A stretch of DNA of 64,000 nucleotides from Sphingobacterium thalpophilum (GCA_945875895.1 CAMCMG010000003.1:61-64060), one strand, 5' to 3'; positions 24,684-35,045 are shown, counted from the first letter of the stretch. A program made the numbers and translations. The notes: generated from the letters alone by a model not told the origin.

Positions 24684-25211
24684 TTAGATACTTTTCTCTT
24701 TAAACTCTTTTAGAAATTTTACCATTTTAGGCGCAATAACCATACTGCAATAGGGTTGGTAGCTGTTTTGGTTATAATAGTTTTGGTGGTAGTCCTCGGC
24801 GGGATAAACTACAGTTAAACGGCTTAGTTCCGTCACAACAGGTGATTCAAAAATTTGTTCTTTTTCCAATTGTATCATCAGCTCTTCAGCTGCCAACTTT
24901 TGGCTTTCATTGGCATAAAAAATAACCGAACGGTATTGGCTACCTACATCGTTGCCTTGGCGGTTTAGTGTAGTAGGGTCGTGGGTGTGAAAAAAGATTA
25001 ATAGCAATTCTTCTACCGAAATTTGTTGCGCATCGAAACTAATTTCAATTACTTCGGCATGGCCGCTGTTTCCTTCGCAAATTTCGCGGTACGTGGGGTT
25101 GGGGTATTTGCCACCACTATAACCCGATACTACTTTTTGTACGCCTTTAATTCGCTGAAACACCGCTTCGGTGCACCAAAAACAACCACCACCTAAAACT
25201 AGCTTTTCCAT
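24684..25211 (-). CDS. msrA: Peptide-methionine (S)-S-oxide reductase
   Basis: The active-site motif GGGCFWCTEAVF is present, along with GHAEV and DPT...NRQG.D.G.QYRS. Confidence 0.92.
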   Translation of the reverse strand: MEKLVLGGGCFWCTEAVFQRIKGVQKVVSGYSGGKYPNPTYREICEGNSGHAEVIEISFDAQQISVEELLLIFFHTHDPTTLNRQGNDVGSQYRSVIFYANESQKLAAEELMIQLEKEQIFESPVVTELSRLTVVYPAEDYHQNYYNQNSYQPYCSMVIAPKMVKFLKEFKEKSI

Positions 25212-25213
25212 GC

Positions 25214-26230
25214 TTATTGGTATTGAATATAACTAGGTTGCGGTACTAATTTTACTAATTCTTCTGGGGTCATTAGGCGCTTGGGTGGGTTTTTAATATC
25301 GTTTTTATAAAACAATTTAAAGCCCGTAAATTGTACCGGTTCATTATAAATCCAATGGCGGTAGGTTCCTTTTTTCAATTCGGGGGCACCCCAACCATCC
25401 ATGTGCATCACCAACTGCACTTCGGGGTGTAATTTTATATTTTTCGTATTGGTAAGCATGCCTTTGGTAAAGCGGTGTATGGTAAATACTTTCGGCGGCA
25501 GGCCATTTTCTTGTACCAATTTGGCTAAATAAGCCGAACAATAATTGATATCAGCCGCATCGTAGGTACCAATTTTAGTTCCTGGTTTGGCACCGGTTTT
25601 CATCGAAAATTCCGGATCGATACCCAAATGCACTTGCGGCAGTTTTAAATATTTTTCTAAACGAGGCAGTTCACTTTTGATATCGCTCAATGCTACCTGT
25701 ATATCTAAAAATACAATGGCGTTGCGCATTTTAGCAATGCTCAAAACCGAGTCAATTTGTTTATCGGGCATTCGGAAACGGTATTTACCGTCCTTACCGC
25801 CATCGCCTTGAGCTACCACGGCAATGTAATGCAGGGCAGGCTGTACAGGTGTTTTAGGATCGGCTTTTTCCCAGCGTTTTACTTCTTGATCTAATTTAGC
25901 CAGCATTTGTTTAGGGGGCAATTCACCTAAAATACCCATGCGCACCGAATATAAATTACCGTAATAGGCTATAATGCGTTTAAAGGGCAAAATAGCTCCC
26001 GGTAGCGGATAGGGTTGGTTTTTTACCGGCCATTTTCCGGTAGTATCGCCATTGGCTAGGGCTTTTACTTTTTGTAGATAAGCCAAGGTATCCACCGCTG
26101 GGTAATTGCCTACGTTTTGTTTTACTTTGCTTGTATCGCTGTTCTCGTTTTTACCTGCAGAGCCTGAGCAGCTGCTAAATAAGGTGCCACTAAAAAACAC
26201 AATTAGGCTAATTTTTGCTAATTTTTTCAT
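25214..26230 (-). CDS. Hypothetical lipoprotein (338 aa)
   Basis: A signal peptide plus lipobox is present (LIVFFSGTLFSSCSG). I cannot assign a family by eye. Confidence 0.6.
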   Translation of the reverse strand: MKKLAKISLIVFFSGTLFSSCSGSAGKNENSDTSKVKQNVGNYPAVDTLAYLQKVKALANGDTTGKWPVKNQPYPLPGAILPFKRIIAYYGNLYSVRMGILGELPPKQMLAKLDQEVKRWEKADPKTPVQPALHYIAVVAQGDGGKDGKYRFRMPDKQIDSVLSIAKMRNAIVFLDIQVALSDIKSELPRLEKYLKLPQVHLGIDPEFSMKTGAKPGTKIGTYDAADINYCSAYLAKLVQENGLPPKVFTIHRFTKGMLTNTKNIKLHPEVQLVMHMDGWGAPELKKGTYRHWIYNEPVQFTGFKLFYKNDIKNPPKRLMTPEELVKLVPQPSYIQYQ

Positions 26231-26239
26231 GTATTTAAT

Positions 26240-27118
26240 TTATTTAGAACATCTGCCAAAAACACCAAGCGGCAATTTACAGCCACTGCTGGCTTGTAAA
26301 TACAATTCGCCGCAATGCAGGTTTTGTATGCTCGGCATCGAGCTTTTTAATAGGTTTTCTATAATTACGGATGAGAAGCCCATGGAATAGGCGTTAAGAA
26401 TGAGAAAATGCTCTTCGGGATCTAACAATTGCATCACATCGTGCATCATCTCTTGAATATGATCCTCTAATTTCCATTTTTCGCCATTGGGCCCGTGCCC
26501 ATAAGCAGGCGGATCGAGAATAATGCCGTTATAGGTTTTGCCACGTTTGAGTTCTCTTTTTACAAATTTGAGCGCATCTTCCACCACCCAGCGTATATTG
26601 GTTAGGCCCGAAAGCTCTTGATTTTCGTTGGCCCAGGTGACTACCTGCTTAATAGAATCTACGTGGGTAGTGTCGGCACCAGCAGCTTTGGCTGCTAAAG
26701 AAGCCCCACCGGTATACGCAAAAAGGTTTAAAATTTTGGGTTCCGGATGTTTGAAGCGCTTTACTTGCTGGGCAATAAAATCCCAGTTTACGGCTTGCTC
26801 CGGAAAAATACCTACGTGTTTAAACGAGGTTAATCCCAAGCGGAATTTAATGGCAATGTCTTCGTTTTTATAGGTAATGTTCCATCTGTCAGGAGATTTG
26901 CCATTTTTTTTTACCCATTCGCCCGAGGTAGCCGATCTGCCTTTAAAACGGATATGGTGTAGCTTCTCCCATTCCGATTCGGCTAATGCTTTAGCCCAAA
27001 CGGCTTGTGGTTCTGGCCGTATTAAAATGACTTCGCCAAAGCGTTCTAGTTTCTCAAAATCGCCGCAATCGAGTAATTCGTAATCTTTCCAGTGGCTAGG
27101 GCTTAGTAATTCAATCAT
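26240..27118 (-). CDS. Class I SAM-dependent methyltransferase (RlmI/YccW-like catalytic domain, no PUA domain)
   Basis: ILNLFAYTGGASLAAKAAGA is the SAM motif I, and IILDPPAYG is the DPP motif IV, as in the rRNA m5C methyltransferase-like family. Confidence 0.72.
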   Translation of the reverse strand: MIELLSPSHWKDYELLDCGDFEKLERFGEVILIRPEPQAVWAKALAESEWEKLHHIRFKGRSATSGEWVKKNGKSPDRWNITYKNEDIAIKFRLGLTSFKHVGIFPEQAVNWDFIAQQVKRFKHPEPKILNLFAYTGGASLAAKAAGADTTHVDSIKQVVTWANENQELSGLTNIRWVVEDALKFVKRELKRGKTYNGIILDPPAYGHGPNGEKWKLEDHIQEMMHDVMQLLDPEEHFLILNAYSMGFSSVIIENLLKSSMPSIQNLHCGELYLQASSGCKLPLGVFGRCSK

Positions 27119-27121
27119 GGT

Positions 27122-27868
27122 TTATTTTTTGAGCGCTTTCATGAATTTGCTGGCAAAAATAAACTCGTTAAGCTCAACATTTTTACTGGTAATTATTTCT
27201 TCTTTGGTCCCTTCCCACCATTTTTGTCCGTTGTGTAAAAAGATAATATGTTCTCCAATGCCCATTACCGAATTCATATCGTGGGTAACCACAATGGTTG
27301 TGGTTTGGTATTCAACGGTAAGTTCGTGTATCAGCTCGTCAATTACAATGGCCGTTTTAGGATCGAGGCCCGAGTTGGGTTCATCGCAAAACAAATATTT
27401 TGGGTTCATAGCAATGGCACGTGCAATTCCTACTCGTTTTTTCATTCCTCCAGAAAGTTCGGCAGGGTAGAGGGCGTTTTTCCCGGCTAGGTTTACCCGT
27501 TCTAAACAAAAATTTGCTCGGTCTTTTTTCTCTCCCATGCTTTGGGTAGTAAACATATTTAGCGGAAAGAGAATATTTTCTTCTACCGTCATCGAATCAA
27601 ACAGAGCAGCGCCTTGAAAAAGCATGCCAATTTCTTTCCGTATGGAAATCCGTTCTTCAAAATCCATTTCTGTAAAATCACGGCCGTCGTAAACTACCTT
27701 ACCTTTATTTGGTTCATGTAAACCTACCATGCATTTAATTAAGGTTGTTTTACCGGAGCCTGAGCCCCCAATAATTAAATTGGTTTTACCCGGAATAAAC
27801 TCGGCAGAAATTCCGTCTAAAACGTGGTGTGTACCAAAAATTTTATGGATGTTCCGAACTTCTATCAT
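27122..27868 (-). CDS. ABC transporter ATP-binding protein, MlaF-like
   Basis: Walker A is GGSGSGKTT, the signature is LSGGMKKRVGIARAI and Walker B is LFCDEPNSGLD. The ATG at 27868 overlaps the permease stop by 4 nt (MIEVRNIHKIFG...). Confidence 0.85.
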   Translation of the reverse strand: MIEVRNIHKIFGTHHVLDGISAEFIPGKTNLIIGGSGSGKTTLIKCMVGLHEPNKGKVVYDGRDFTEMDFEERISIRKEIGMLFQGAALFDSMTVEENILFPLNMFTTQSMGEKKDRANFCLERVNLAGKNALYPAELSGGMKKRVGIARAIAMNPKYLFCDEPNSGLDPKTAIVIDELIHELTVEYQTTTIVVTHDMNSVMGIGEHIIFLHNGQKWWEGTKEEIITSKNVELNEFIFASKFMKALKK

Positions 27869-28599
27869 AATAAGAGCTGAGCGGTTAGATAATCGGCAAA
27901 CAATATCATGATACAAGAAATAACCACTCCCTTGGTGCTAGAAATACCTACTTCTAAGGCACCGCCTGAGGTGTAAAAACCTTGGTAAGCCGATACGGTA
28001 GTGATGATAAAGGCAAAAATTACTGATTTTATCATGCATACGGTAAAGGTGAAAGGAACAAAATCGGTAGTAATACCGGTTATATAATCTTGTGCATTTA
28101 TTGCTCCAGAAAGTGTACCGGCAATATATCCACCAAAAATACTTAGGGCAATGGAAATAATTACTAAGAGGGGAATCATGGTTACTGCACCTAAAATTTT
28201 AGGAAGTATAAGGTAGCCCGGAGAGTTGATGCCCATAATTTCGAGGGCATCTATTTGTTCGGTTACCCGCATGGTGCCTATTTGGGAAGCTACGCTAGAG
28301 CCCACTTTACCTGCCAATACAATGGCCGAAATGGTTGGGCTTAATTCTAAAATAGAAGAATCGCGAACGATGGTTCCAATTACCGACCGTGGTATTAGAT
28401 TACTTACCAGTTGAAAAGCGGTTTGCACGGTGGTTACTGCTCCTAAAAATAGAGATATGATGGTGATGATTCCGATAGAACCTATACCGATGGCCACCAT
28501 TTCTTTGCTAATTTCTTTCCAATAGATATTCCACTTTTCCGGTTTGCGGAAAACGGCTTTTAAAAGAAGTAGGTATTTGCCAAGTGGCTGAAAAAACAT
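27865..28599 (-). CDS. ABC transporter permease, MlaE-like
   Basis: Multi-TM permease with an MlaE-type pattern (RVTEQIDALEIMGINS). The ATG at 28599 is preferred over the TTG at 28632. Confidence 0.8.
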   Translation of the reverse strand: MFFQPLGKYLLLLKAVFRKPEKWNIYWKEISKEMVAIGIGSIGIITIISLFLGAVTTVQTAFQLVSNLIPRSVIGTIVRDSSILELSPTISAIVLAGKVGSSVASQIGTMRVTEQIDALEIMGINSPGYLILPKILGAVTMIPLLVIISIALSIFGGYIAGTLSGAINAQDYITGITTDFVPFTFTVCMIKSVIFAFIITTVSAYQGFYTSGGALEVGISSTKGVVISCIMILFADYLTAQLLL

Positions 28600-28718
28600 G
28601 TTTTTTTGGATTGTAAAGGGTAAAAATAACAAGCCTTTACCTCTTAAACGAATTAGCGGCCATATTTTTATTTGCGTGCTTCAGGATAATTCTAAAAAAA
28701 TGGCTTTAACTTCGCTTT

Positions 28719-29420
28719 ATGAATGCAGTAATTACCGGAGCCAGTAAAGGAATAGGCCGAGCCATTGCCTTTAAATTGGCTCAAGAAGGATATAATTTGG
28801 CACTTTGTGCCCGCAACTTAAACGATTTACAAAGTCTCAAATCGGCACTACTCCAAATTAGCCCAAACGCAGTCATTTATATAGAAGCGCTAGATTGTGC
28901 AGACTTGTTGGCACTGCGTAGTTTTGCCAAGCAGGCCCAAGCCAATTTGGGTTTTATAGATGTTCTCATAAACAATGTTGGGCAATACCTTCCTGGTACT
29001 ATTTTAGAAGAGGCTGATGATGCCTTAGCCCTACAAATGCAAACAAATGTATACCCTGCATATGCCTTAAGTAAGTTTTTTGGCAAAGAAATGCAAAGCC
29101 AGAAATCGGGCTACATTATTAATATTTGTTCTATTGCAAGTTTGAACGTAGTGAAAGAAGCTGCTTCGTATAGTGTAACAAAAGTTGCTTTATTAGGTCT
29201 TACTACTATATTGAGGGAAGAATTACAATCCTCGGGCGTTAAAGTAAGCGCCATCTTGCCGGGAGCCACCTATACCTCCTCGTGGGAAGGCACTCCAATA
29301 GCTCCTGAAAAATTCATTCAACCCGAAGATATAGCCCAGGCTGTGTGGACCTGTTTAAGCCTTAGCCCGGGTGCAACAATAAATCAACTTATATTAAACC
29401 CTAGTTCAAAAGCGTTTTAA
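28719..29420 (+). CDS. Short-chain dehydrogenase/reductase (SDR)
   Basis: The cofactor motif is ITGASKGIGRAIA, with NNVG and a catalytic YSVTK (YxxxK). Confidence 0.85.
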   Translation: MNAVITGASKGIGRAIAFKLAQEGYNLALCARNLNDLQSLKSALLQISPNAVIYIEALDCADLLALRSFAKQAQANLGFIDVLINNVGQYLPGTILEEADDALALQMQTNVYPAYALSKFFGKEMQSQKSGYIINICSIASLNVVKEAASYSVTKVALLGLTTILREELQSSGVKVSAILPGATYTSSWEGTPIAPEKFIQPEDIAQAVWTCLSLSPGATINQLILNPSSKAF

Positions 29421-29430
29421 TTGTATACTC

Positions 29431-30015
29431 ATGGAAAAGAAACTCTACAGAAACACCAGCGATAAAGCTATAGCAGGTGTTGCCGCTGGTTTGGCTCGTT
29501 ATTTCGAAATTGATGTGACCTGGATTAGAATATTTTTTATTCTGGCTACCATTTTTGGCGCCTCGGGCTTACTCATTTATATTATTTTATGGATAGCCAT
29601 ACCCGAACAACCCTTTGGCGTGTGGAACATGCCCGGACAAACCGATTATATAGTAAAAGATACTGCAGCCAATTCTTTTGAAACCGATTATAAAGCAGCA
29701 AAATCAAAACGAAAAAGAGAATCTGGTTTTATTTCTGGTATTATCTTAATTGCTTTAGGCTCCTTTTTCTTGCTCGATCAGTTCGATTGGGTGCCAGAAT
29801 GGGTAAGTTTTGGTAAACTTTGGCCTTTGGCTTTAATTATTCCTGGATTAGTGATGTTAGCCAATTCAGGCAAAAATACCGAAGCAAAAACAGCGGAATT
29901 TATTGAGCCTCTTGCCCCTGTTGCGGAAGAAAAAGCGGCTCCTAAAAAACCGGCGGCTAAAAAAACTACTGCTACCAAAAAGCCAGTAGCCAGAAAAACT
30001 AAAAAAGCAGAATAA
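29431..30015 (+). CDS. PspC-domain membrane protein with a Lys/Ala/Pro-rich basic tail
   Basis: KLYRNTSDKAIAGVAAGLARYFEIDVTWIRIFFIL is the PspC N-terminal signature. The tail is EEKAAPKKPAAKKTTATKKPVARKTKKAE. Confidence 0.8.
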   Translation: MEKKLYRNTSDKAIAGVAAGLARYFEIDVTWIRIFFILATIFGASGLLIYIILWIAIPEQPFGVWNMPGQTDYIVKDTAANSFETDYKAAKSKRKRESGFISGIILIALGSFFLLDQFDWVPEWVSFGKLWPLALIIPGLVMLANSGKNTEAKTAEFIEPLAPVAEEKAAPKKPAAKKTTATKKPVARKTKKAE

Positions 30016-30033
30016 GCGTTAAAACCCAAGCAT

Positions 30034-30969
30034 ATGAAAAGCGAAAAAATAGTATGGGGAATTACCCTCGTATTTATCGGCACCATTTTATTGCTCGATA
30101 ATTTTGATGTCATTGATTTCTATTGGCGGTCTGTTTGGAATTTTTGGCCGCTCTTTTTAATCTTAGCCGGTTTAAATTTAGTATTTGGTAAGGCAAAGCA
30201 AAGTTCAGCAGGTAAAGCACTTGTTATTTTACTAACCTGTGTAGTTTTAGGAACGGTTGCCTATGTGGGCAGTACCCGGTCTAATCAGTATTCAAATTGG
30301 TTTTTTGATAACGATGAGGAGCTTAGCGCTAGTGATACCAACCAAGTAAGAACCTTCTCGGAAACCTATAATCCGGCGGTACCCAATGCAGCATTAACCA
30401 TTGAAGGTGGTGCTACTGTTTATGAGCTTAATCAAGCTACTGCTCAACTATTTGAAGCTGAAGTCAATCAATCCTATGGGCAATATACCCTTACCAAATC
30501 GAGCACCGATTCGGTAGATAAAGTCAACTTTAAAATGCTCGATGGTGGTAAATCGTGGAATTTAAAAAAATCGAATGCGAACAAAGCGATTTTGCGTTTA
30601 AATCCTAATCCTATTTGGAGCATTAGGTTAGATATGGGAGCGGGTAAAGCTGATTTTGATTTATCGGCTTATAAATTAGCTGATTTAATCATTGAAGGCG
30701 GAGCAGCCGCTTTTGAAGTAAAACTAGGTCAGCCCTTAGCGCTTACTACAGTTAGCGTAGATACAGGCGTAGCTGATGTTAAGGTGTCTATTCCTGAAAA
30801 TGCAGCTTGTCAAATTGAGTATGAAGGTGGTTTAACCAGTAAATCCTTCGAAGGATTTGATAAAAAAAGAGATGGTTTATATGAAAGTGCTAACTATGCC
30901 ACAGCAGCTACCAAAATTCATATAAAACTAAACGGCGGTTTGTCATCATTTAAAGTAAAACGCTATTAG
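30034..30969 (+). CDS. LiaF-like membrane protein (N-terminal LiaI/LiaF-type TM hairpins, beta-rich C-terminal domain)
   Basis: The N-terminus (GITLVFIGTILLLDNF...WNFWPLFLILAGLNLVFGK) resembles the LiaI-LiaF-like TM region. This is a family guess only. Confidence 0.5.
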   Translation: MKSEKIVWGITLVFIGTILLLDNFDVIDFYWRSVWNFWPLFLILAGLNLVFGKAKQSSAGKALVILLTCVVLGTVAYVGSTRSNQYSNWFFDNDEELSASDTNQVRTFSETYNPAVPNAALTIEGGATVYELNQATAQLFEAEVNQSYGQYTLTKSSTDSVDKVNFKMLDGGKSWNLKKSNANKAILRLNPNPIWSIRLDMGAGKADFDLSAYKLADLIIEGGAAAFEVKLGQPLALTTVSVDTGVADVKVSIPENAACQIEYEGGLTSKSFEGFDKKRDGLYESANYATAATKIHIKLNGGLSSFKVKRY

Positions 30970-30970
30970 T

Positions 30971-31576
30971 GTGCCTACATTTTGGGTGGTTGAAAAAGGC
31001 AAACCTGCTGGTCCATATTCACTCGAAGAATTAAAAAATCGGTCAATAAAGCCCGAAACCTTTGTAAAGTTGGACACGATGGACGATTACAAAGAAGCGC
31101 ACGAAATTCCTGCAATACGAGGCCTCTTGGGTTTTAAAGCTACTATCGTACAGCCACAATATTTTGCTTCGCTTGATGTTCGCCTATTGGCCATGGCTGT
31201 AGATTATTTGCTGGTTTTTGGCATCTATAGTGTAGTGGCTTTAGTCTTACTATCTTTTGCAAATCAGCAGCTGGTTAAAATTGCCATTGCCCTCTCGGGT
31301 ATAGTAATTATTCCTATTGCACGTTCTGTTTATGCTGTTTTTATGGAGAGCTCAAAAAAACAAGCTACGCTAGGTAAACAATTATTGGGTATAAAAGTAT
31401 GCGATGAAGAAGGTCGCAGAATTAGCTTAGGCCGATCGATTTTGCGCAACCTAGGCAAATGGCTAAGTTCGCTCACTATCGGTTTAGGCTATTTATTTGG
31501 TTTTTTCGACCGCAAACAACAATGTTTGCACGATAAATTAGCGGGAACCTTGGTGGTAAAAGAACGCTTACTTTAG
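30971..31576 (+). CDS. RDD-family membrane protein with an N-terminal GYF_2-like domain
   Basis: GTG start. WVVEKGKPAGPYSLEELK is typical of the GYF_2/DUF4339 module, and the C-terminal TM region with R..D..D spacing is RDD-like. Confidence 0.6.
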   Translation: MPTFWVVEKGKPAGPYSLEELKNRSIKPETFVKLDTMDDYKEAHEIPAIRGLLGFKATIVQPQYFASLDVRLLAMAVDYLLVFGIYSVVALVLLSFANQQLVKIAIALSGIVIIPIARSVYAVFMESSKKQATLGKQLLGIKVCDEEGRRISLGRSILRNLGKWLSSLTIGLGYLFGFFDRKQQCLHDKLAGTLVVKERLL

Positions 31577-31626
31577 GTTACATTGCATCGAACATTTTCT
31601 TATTTTTGTTTTCCTAACACACGTGC

Positions 31627-33588
31627 ATGAAGTCTACTAACTCCCCTGAACTAGCAGGAATATACTGTCCATCGCTCCTGCAATACAAGCGCTTTCTTAC
31701 TAGAGAGGTGCAGGTGGGAGATGTGGCTATGGGAGCTAACAATCCTATTCGCATACAAAGTATGACCACTACCGACACCATGGATACCGAATGTACGGTA
31801 GCACAATCTATTCGAATGATTGAGGCTGGTTGCGAATTGGTACGTATTACGGCTCCCAGCATAAAAGAGGCTCAAAATTTAGCCGAAATAAAAAAAGAAC
31901 TTAGTAATAGGGGCTACCACACACCCTTGGTAGCCGATATTCATTTTACCCCCAATGCCGCCGAATTGGCTGCCCGTTTGGTAGAAAAAGTGCGCATCAA
32001 TCCGGGTAATTATGCCGATAAAAAACGCTTTGAAACTATTGATTATACGCCCCAAGCTTACCAAGACGAATTAGACCGTATTTACAAAAAATTTGCGCCC
32101 CTGGTAGCTATTTGTAAAGAATATGGTACCGCCATGCGTATTGGTACAAACCATGGGTCTTTATCAGACCGTATTATGAGCCAATTTGGCGATACGCCGC
32201 AAGGAATGGTAGAATCGGCAATGGAATTTATGCGCATTTGCGAAGATTTGAACTACCATAATTTGGTAATTTCTATGAAATCTAGCAATCCGCAAGTAAT
32301 GGTGCAGGCTTACCGCCTATTGGTAAAAACCATGGTGGCCGAGGGGATGAATTATCCACTTCATTTAGGAGTTACCGAAGCCGGTGATGGCGAAGATGGG
32401 CGTATTAAATCTGCCGTAGGAATTGGGGCCTTATTAGAAGATGGCTTGGGCGATACCATTCGTGTATCTTTAACTGAAGATCCCGAGTTAGAGATTCCCG
32501 TTGCGCAAGATTTAGTAAGGCGCTATGCTCAGCGCATTCAAGCTGCCGAGCAAAGTTCAGCAATTATGTTGCCTGCAGAATTTTCGCCCTTTAGCTATCA
32601 AAAAAGGGTTTCAGAAGAGCTAAATACTTTTATCGGAGGACACCAGGTACCTCGTGTAATCATCGATTTATCAACAAAAAACTTAAAAGATCCGGCCGTA
32701 TTATCTGATGTGGGCTATCTCTATTCGCCTATTTTAGATAAATACACCATGGGCGAACAATCGGTTGATTTTGTCTACCTAGCCGATCAATTGCCTTCGT
32801 TTACACTTCCCGGAAATTTAAAGCAGCTGTACCAGTATCCAACTTGGAAAAAGCTGGCTAGTAAAATGAATTGCCATCCCTTGTACAGTTTGCAAGAATA
32901 TTTAAAGACGGAAGAAAAGTGCTCGGCACTCAATTTGGTGGAACTTAGTTTGGCCGATATGCATAGCGATGCGTTTCAGCAAATTCAGTTAGATAAAACA
33001 CTCGTTTTTGTGCTTACAAGCACCGCCGAAAATGCCATGCAAGAACAAAGGCAAGCATTTTTTCTGTTAGAACAAATAGGTGTAAAGGTGCCCGTAATTA
33101 TCAAAAAAATCTATCCAAATTTAACTGAAAACGAATTTCAATTGTACGCCGCTACTGATGCCGGAGCACTTTTACTAGATGGTTTTGGCGATGGAATTTG
33201 GTTACATGCACCCCAGCTTTCTCCTAAACTACTCCTTAGCACCTCGTTTGGTATTTTACAAGCTACACGTTGTCGCATTTCTAAAACCGAATATATTTCT
33301 TGCCCTAGTTGCGGACGTACTTTATTCGATTTGCAAGAAACTACCCAGCTTATCCGTAGCCGAACCGACCATTTAAAAGGTATTAAAATTGCTATTATGG
33401 GGTGTATCGTAAATGGTCCCGGCGAAATGGCCGACGCCGATTACGGCTATGTAGGTACAGGCCCTGGAAAAATTACCCTATACCGTGGTAAAGAGGTGGT
33501 TAAAAAAAATGTAAATACTGAAAATGCCCTCGATGAACTGATTGAGATTATTCGCGAAGATGGTAGTTGGGTGGAGCTGGCTTTATAA
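31627..33588 (+). CDS. ispG: 4-hydroxy-3-methylbut-2-en-1-yl diphosphate synthase, long form with insert domain
   Basis: IRIQSMTTTDT, RITAPS, and the C-terminal Fe-S motifs CPSCGRT and GCIVNGPGE are present. The 653-aa length implies the extra central domain. A TATTTTTG box lies at 31601-31608. Confidence 0.9.
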   Translation: MKSTNSPELAGIYCPSLLQYKRFLTREVQVGDVAMGANNPIRIQSMTTTDTMDTECTVAQSIRMIEAGCELVRITAPSIKEAQNLAEIKKELSNRGYHTPLVADIHFTPNAAELAARLVEKVRINPGNYADKKRFETIDYTPQAYQDELDRIYKKFAPLVAICKEYGTAMRIGTNHGSLSDRIMSQFGDTPQGMVESAMEFMRICEDLNYHNLVISMKSSNPQVMVQAYRLLVKTMVAEGMNYPLHLGVTEAGDGEDGRIKSAVGIGALLEDGLGDTIRVSLTEDPELEIPVAQDLVRRYAQRIQAAEQSSAIMLPAEFSPFSYQKRVSEELNTFIGGHQVPRVIIDLSTKNLKDPAVLSDVGYLYSPILDKYTMGEQSVDFVYLADQLPSFTLPGNLKQLYQYPTWKKLASKMNCHPLYSLQEYLKTEEKCSALNLVELSLADMHSDAFQQIQLDKTLVFVLTSTAENAMQEQRQAFFLLEQIGVKVPVIIKKIYPNLTENEFQLYAATDAGALLLDGFGDGIWLHAPQLSPKLLLSTSFGILQATRCRISKTEYISCPSCGRTLFDLQETTQLIRSRTDHLKGIKIAIMGCIVNGPGEMADADYGYVGTGPGKITLYRGKEVVKKNVNTENALDELIEIIREDGSWVELAL

Positions 33589-33786
33589 AATTTTATTTAC
33601 GGAATAAAATGCTAGCTTAGTAGTCTTGGTTATCTTACTCTTTTCTATAACGATTTTTTGTCCATTTAAAGGCTCATTTTAACCTTTTTTGATCAATTTA
33701 TATCCATTCTAAATACTGTTGGTTTTACAAAGAACTGACAGTTCCCCTGCTTCAATTTTCTACTTTTGTTTTGTCAAAAATCAGTA

Positions 33787-35004
33787 TTGAAAAATTTAAA
33801 AGTTATAGCCTTTACCCACAAAAAAGTCGATTTAAAAGACTTAGGGAAATTAGTGATCAGCGATGAGTTGATTGAAAGCTATTTGCTATCACTAAAAAAC
33901 CAATTGGCTATTTCTGAAATCTTTTACATCAGTACCTGTAATCGCATTGAATTTGTATTTACTCATGAAGAGGCATTAAGCCCTTCATTTGTCGAAACTT
34001 TTCTGTCTACCTTGTCTATTGGGGCAGACACTGCTACATTGGCTTCACAAGCTGTTGTGTACGAAAGTGTAGAAGCGCTCAACCACTTATTTAGAGTATC
34101 CTGTTCCTTAGAAAGCTTGGTGGTAGGCGAAAAAGAAATTTTGGCCCAATTGCGTCAATCGTATGAAAAATGTAAATCACTAGGCTTTACAGGCGATTAC
34201 CTTCGATTAATAATGGATCAGGTGGTTAAAACCGCTAAATCTGTTTATACCGATACGCAAATTGCGTGTAACCCCATTTCGGTGGTATCTTTAGCTTACC
34301 GAGAATTACGAAAAGTAAATACCTTTACCAATGCCCGTGTACTGTTAGTGGGTGCTGGCGAAACCAATCAATTAATTGCCAAATATCTTCAAAAACATAA
34401 ATATTCAAACTTTGTAGTATTTAATCGCACTTTATCTAAAGCACAGGCTTTGGCTGCCGATCTAAATGGGGAAGCTTTTCCGCTAGAAGATTTATCAACC
34501 TATAACAAAGGGTTTGATATTTTAATTACGTGTACAAGTTCTGTAGAACCCATTATTACTCCCGAAGTTTATACTAATTTATTGGCTGGAGATACCGATA
34601 AAAAACTAGTTTTAGATTTAGCCATACCAAACGATACCCATCCGGAAGTGTTGAAAAATAATTCTATTCATTTTATTGAAGTGCATGGCCTGCAAGAAGT
34701 TGCCGAGTGGAATAAGCAAGAACGTTACCACGAATTGGTAAATGCCGAAAAAATTATTGAGCAACACCTCCAAGATTTTAAACAAATTTTAAAACAACGC
34801 CGTGTTGAATTAGCCATGCGCCAAGTGCCAGAGCGGATTAAAGAAATAAAAGAAACGGCAATGAACTCGGTTTTTGCAGCAGATATTCAGAATTTAGACC
34901 CCAATTCTCTACTAGTACTCGAAAAAGTAATTGCCTATATGGAGAAAAAATACATCAGCGTGCCGATGGTAATGGCCAAAGAAATTTTGGTAGATAACTG
35001 CTAA
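33787..35004 (+). CDS. hemA: Glutamyl-tRNA reductase
   Basis: The catalytic Cys motif STCNRIEF, the GEKEILAQL motif and the NADPH-binding VLLVGAGETN are present. The start is uncertain. The ORF-track TTG at 33766 overlaps a TACTTTTG -7 box (33761-33768), while an in-frame TTG at 33787 gives MKNLKVIAFTHKK. Confidence 0.85.
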   Translation: MKNLKVIAFTHKKVDLKDLGKLVISDELIESYLLSLKNQLAISEIFYISTCNRIEFVFTHEEALSPSFVETFLSTLSIGADTATLASQAVVYESVEALNHLFRVSCSLESLVVGEKEILAQLRQSYEKCKSLGFTGDYLRLIMDQVVKTAKSVYTDTQIACNPISVVSLAYRELRKVNTFTNARVLLVGAGETNQLIAKYLQKHKYSNFVVFNRTLSKAQALAADLNGEAFPLEDLSTYNKGFDILITCTSSVEPIITPEVYTNLLAGDTDKKLVLDLAIPNDTHPEVLKNNSIHFIEVHGLQEVAEWNKQERYHELVNAEKIIEQHLQDFKQILKQRRVELAMRQVPERIKEIKETAMNSVFAADIQNLDPNSLLVLEKVIAYMEKKYISVPMVMAKEILVDNC

Positions 35005-35045
35005 TTTTTCACCAATTTAATAACTTAACCCATTCATCCGTTTTC

